43,059 nt of DNA from Craspedostauros australis (Eukaryota). Shown here one piece after another: positions 39,476 to 43,059 of this stretch. The stretch lies in contig JALAGF010001184.1 in assembly GCA_030167865.1 (NCBI GenBank), forward strand, positions 1-43,059. The letters are read 5' to 3'. The position numbers and the translations under genes are program-made. The notes beneath the pieces were generated by a model. It saw nothing but the letters and a program-made list of their open reading frames with translations, ran no database searches and was not told the DNA's origin. How positions within the stretch are numbered: the stretch's first letter is position 1; each line of letters starts with the position of its first letter.

Positions 39476-40591
39476 ATGGCGACGAATAGGAATGGCACGA
39501 AGGCATCATATCCATTTCGATGCGTCCACTGTGGCACGCCGTGCCATGCCTTGTACAGACGCTTCGACAAGCAACGGGTCCGTGATGAGAAGGGCATCAG
39601 CAACAGCAACATCAACGACAGCGGTGATGGCAATGATGCCAGAAACTCTGCACACAATCAACTACGATCACAGTCTTCACCACCGCCAACAACAACAACA
39701 ACAAGAGCAAGAGCAACACAACGCACGTCTGATAAGAATCCATCCGTGGCAGCAAACATCAAACTTTCGACATGCACCCAGTGCGGGAAGGCCGTCGATC
39801 CCTACATCGAACGAGAATGGATCTTAAAATGCATGGATTGTGTATTGCGACGCAAGGAGGCCTTTCGGCATGTTCTGTTCAACGAGGAATGGATCCAGTC
39901 CTTGACCAACATGGAGCTGTTCCAATTCGGCATGCTTTGGTCCATCTTGGATTGCTACGTGGCATATCAGAGCGGAACGTTCCAGAATGATGGTGGGGGA
40001 TGGAGCGAACAATGGTACGATCGTTCTGCGAGCGCAACTGCAAGCATCAGCATGGACACCCAGCACGGCACCAGTGCATTTATGCCCGTGCTGATCGCGA
40101 TGATGTCATGGTGGGCGTCATCATTCGGGAGCTTGCTTCTGCAAACCGCTGCCATTTCATGGCGCTGTAATGCACGCCATCAACATCATCATCGCCTTGC
40201 GTTTCTGGCGTTCCTGCTACCGTCAAGCTTCACAATCGTCACATCCATTCTGCTGATATGGGAAAACAGTAACATGGTGCGTGGGCTGTCCTCGCTTCTC
40301 ATGGCATACTGGCAAACAATCGCGATTGGGATAGTGGTGGAAGATCATCTGCGGTGCGAACTGGATGGTGTTGATGACACGACGCAAACTCGGTTGCGAC
40401 ATGTCCGATGGGAGCGATTGGATTGGATGTGGCCGGGTACCATCAAGATCATTTGGAGGCTGATAGTGGCCAACGCAGTTGTGGCCATCTTCAACAAAAG
40501 CTTGCCGTGCAGCGGCTTCGCTACAAGTATGCCGTTGAAATACATAAATGGGCCAAGCCAGGACAAGTTGGTGGTTGATCTGTGCTTCTGA
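39476..40591 (+). CDS. ARV1: Arv1-family protein (ER lipid/sterol homeostasis, GPI-anchor related)
   Basis: CVHCG..LYRRF...IKLSTCTQCGKAVDPYIEREW...MDCVL....FRHVLFN matches the Arv1 homology domain and is followed by several hydrophobic segments. Confidence 0.88.
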   Translation: MATNRNGTKASYPFRCVHCGTPCHALYRRFDKQRVRDEKGISNSNINDSGDGNDARNSAHNQLRSQSSPPPTTTTTRARATQRTSDKNPSVAANIKLSTCTQCGKAVDPYIEREWILKCMDCVLRRKEAFRHVLFNEEWIQSLTNMELFQFGMLWSILDCYVAYQSGTFQNDGGGWSEQWYDRSASATASISMDTQHGTSAFMPVLIAMMSWWASSFGSLLLQTAAISWRCNARHQHHHRLAFLAFLLPSSFTIVTSILLIWENSNMVRGLSSLLMAYWQTIAIGIVVEDHLRCELDGVDDTTQTRLRHVRWERLDWMWPGTIKIIWRLIVANAVVAIFNKSLPCSGFATSMPLKYINGPSQDKLVVDLCF

Positions 40592-40790
40592 AGCCCTCTT
40601 GTTGAATACCGACAGAGCAGCGATCGACAAATACGCGGAACCCCAAGTACGCTGCCGTAGGTTGCAGTGGAATAGGAGCGCCCCGCTTATCACAGCATTG
40701 AAGTCGATGGGTTGTGTGAATCGGTTGCATTATCAACGTGCTTTTCCCCCTCTCTGTCTCTATCTCTCTATCTGGAGATAGAGGTATTAT

Positions 40791-41073
40791 ATAAGAGCCC
40801 ATTCAGTCACAAACCAACGAGTCGCGGGGGGAGCAGTCTACATGCGTTTTCAGGTTATTGCAGAATATTATGCAACGTGTTGTGAAGTATATATAAAAAA
40901 ATGTCCGAGGTGGATCATCATTATATTAGATAAGAGCCCATTCAGTCACAAACCAACGAGTCGCGGGGGGAGCAGTCTACATGCGTTTTCAGGTTATTGC
41001 AGAATATTATGCAGCGTATTGTGAAGTATATATAAAAAAATGTCCGAGGTGGATCATCATTATATTAGATAAG
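40791..41073. repeat. Tandem duplication, 2 x 139 bp
   Basis: Copies 40791-40929 and 40930-41068 differ at 2 positions by eye (tgcaacgtgt vs tgcagcgtat) and are followed by a 5-nt partial copy, ATAAG. Confidence 0.95.
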
Positions 41074-42149
41074 TTATGGGCTGCTGTGAGTTTCAGGTAG
41101 ACTCCTTGTATGCACGCACGAAGTGAAGACGAACGGATGGTGTCAGAACACGATTTCGTTGATGGGGCTTCGAATCAACGAGAAATACAGCATCACAGTT
41201 GCCAGCTGGTGGTTTCTGGTGGATTCCAAAGAGAGACGCTAGCGCTAAGTAGCGAGAAGCCTTGAAACCTTTTTGTTGGTCTTCGAAGATGTCAAACAAG
41301 ACAAGATTGATCTTTTTGGGGCAATGAGATAATATCAACGTTAAACATGAATCATCCTTTGTATGTGCCTCTGTCGTGCGTTCTCTGTTTGACTCGTGCT
41401 GGAAAATATTCGAATTATTTTGATCCAATCGTTGTGTTTCCTACTGATCGACAGTTTGGGGGTTACGCGTACAGACGGATGCTCTGCCATGTACATAGCA
41501 CCAGAATGAATTGACGATCTTGTGGTTCCGTTTCTGTTCCCGTTCCTGTCTCACCACAAGTCGCGCCGAATTGGTTGCATCTGGCAGGCGTGCTTCATGA
41601 CCGTCGCAACGAAGCATTAGGAGAGCGAGCCGAAATGTTTGGACTGAGAATCAAATGATGTTTGATAGTGTCAACGACGAAATCAAGTGAACACTCATCT
41701 CATTTTGAATGTGAACCTGCATCATACACGTATCACGCATGTAGACATTATGTAGACAAGTTCTTTTGAGGACGAATTCTATTGTAGGACGTGACGCAAG
41801 CCGATATGTAAAATGAACACCCTTGCTCCAAAGTGATGATGAGCGGGAGGGTTCCACCATTTCCCTCCCCTAGCTTCCTCACTACCACCCAGAAGACTAC
41901 AGTCACTTCAATGCTTCATCAATGCTCTACTTCTGAGGTTCGAAATGATGGTGTCATATATATATACCTCACTGATAATAACTGTTAAGTTATGTGCTGG
42001 GGGGGGCACTTTGATTCTGCCTCGTTTATTCTCCATGTCTGCATGTAATGGGAACAGATGTGTCAGTATTATGATCGTGTTGGGAGAGAGGGCTGTGTCC
42101 ATTTGGCAGGTCTGTTTGCTGGCGATGTTGTGGCGGCAGGGGAATCGTC

Positions 42150-42750
42150 TCAGGGTGCGATCCGCCTATAGTTCCATTTCCAGTTCACAAGCACTGCTGT
42201 GGCTAGTGACGCATTGCCTCCAAGGCCTTGGTGCATGGCTTGGGCCAACGGAATGAGCTGGGCGGTCTGCTCAGTGTGCGGATGATGCTCCCAAAGTGGG
42301 TGCAGGACTGCAGGGATGGTGGTTGGCAGGCATGTTTGCAGCATCTGAAAATATTGGAGCAGCACAGGCGTCGTGTCATCAGAAGTCTGGGACGCCTTGA
42401 CCTTGGTCTGGTCCTGCCATTGCATCAGTGTCGTGTGCCACATGAGGTTGGTGACACTGTCCTGCCAATTGTGAAGTAGTCAAGGGCGCGCCTGCGATTG
42501 TGAGGTACCATGGGAGGTGCTTGCGCACTCCACTGCATCGCCCATCCGCCCTAAATCATGGCCATCCAGTCTACTTTGCTTTGCTGCAGCTGTATGGATT
42601 TGATGGGGCAGTTGCGAACGCCGGAGAGACAATGGTGTTAACATGGCTTGGATCCAACACCTGATGTCGAACAGTGTGGACAGGACTATCCACAAATGTC
42701 CAACACAACCATCAACCATGTTGTTGATCACAGCATCACTCTCCATCATC
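42150..42750 (-). mobile_element. Possible decayed non-LTR retrotransposon ORF 3' fragment
   Basis: Across frameshifts the minus strand gives AAAKQSRL..GW...GGWAMQW and NWQDSVTNLMWHTTLMQWQD. This Trp spacing resembles the C-terminal region of diatom non-LTR element proteins as I recall it. The fragment sits next to an assembly gap and no RT motif is visible. Confidence 0.35.
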
Positions 42751-42752
42751 AT

Positions 42753-42808
42753 NNNNNNNNNNNNNNNNNNNNNNNNNNNNNNNNNNNNNNNNNNNNNNNN
42801 NNNNNNNN
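42753..42808. other. Assembly gap (run of N)
   Basis: Continuous N bases; a single N also occurs at position 200. Confidence 0.99.
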
Positions 42809-43059
42809 TACTTCTACAGAAGGTCAAAACCTCAGAATCCTGGATGGAACCCATCAATCTCCGATCTTCGCGACAGTGGAAAGCTGGAATGTAACTGTTG
42901 GCCGATGGAGTGCCAATGAAGTACACAAACAAAGCATCACTGCACATACAAAAAATATATGTAAAATGTGCATGGGTGTTGGCAAGTTCCGCTCACGGTA
43001 ACCTACGATCGTGGAAGATGGTGTTGGTTGATAGTCGTTCGTTTGCTATTTCATTAGTT

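Noticed and set aside
40791-41073. Repeat considered as a CRISPR array or LTR pair
   Set aside because: Two directly adjacent 139-bp units with no spacers, no cas genes, no TG...CA ends and no internal retroelement sequence, in a eukaryotic context.

Overview
Eukaryotic nuclear DNA, most likely from a diatom (inferred from bipartite plastid presequences with ASAFAP-type motifs, diatom-type H3/H4 sequences, diatom-typical gene families and short GT-AG introns). About 14 genes are present: a putative plastid coiled-coil/H1-like/SAP-like protein, the SNF1/AMPK alpha kinase, phytoene desaturase, a fucosyltransferase-like type II membrane protein, a ~2,180-aa membrane protein with 12 Cys-rich repeats, a Regnase-type NYN ribonuclease, a putative FAR1/WRKY-like Zn-finger protein, a PAP/fibrillin, a diatom hypothetical protein, a Patched/NPC1-like sterol-sensing protein, a divergent histone H3-H4 pair, a type I membrane protein and ARV1. 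Six of them were rebuilt across single introns that the ORF track splits. The right end carries a 139-bp tandem duplication, a probable decayed retroelement fragment and an assembly gap. The strongest non-obvious signal is a 36-nt element (35/36 identical) downstream of both histone genes. It contains a perfect 6-bp stem with a 4-nt loop (AGGAAC-TTTT-GTTCCT), which has the geometry of the histone 3' stem-loop but a non-canonical stem sequence. All product calls come from motif recognition by eye; no database searches were run.
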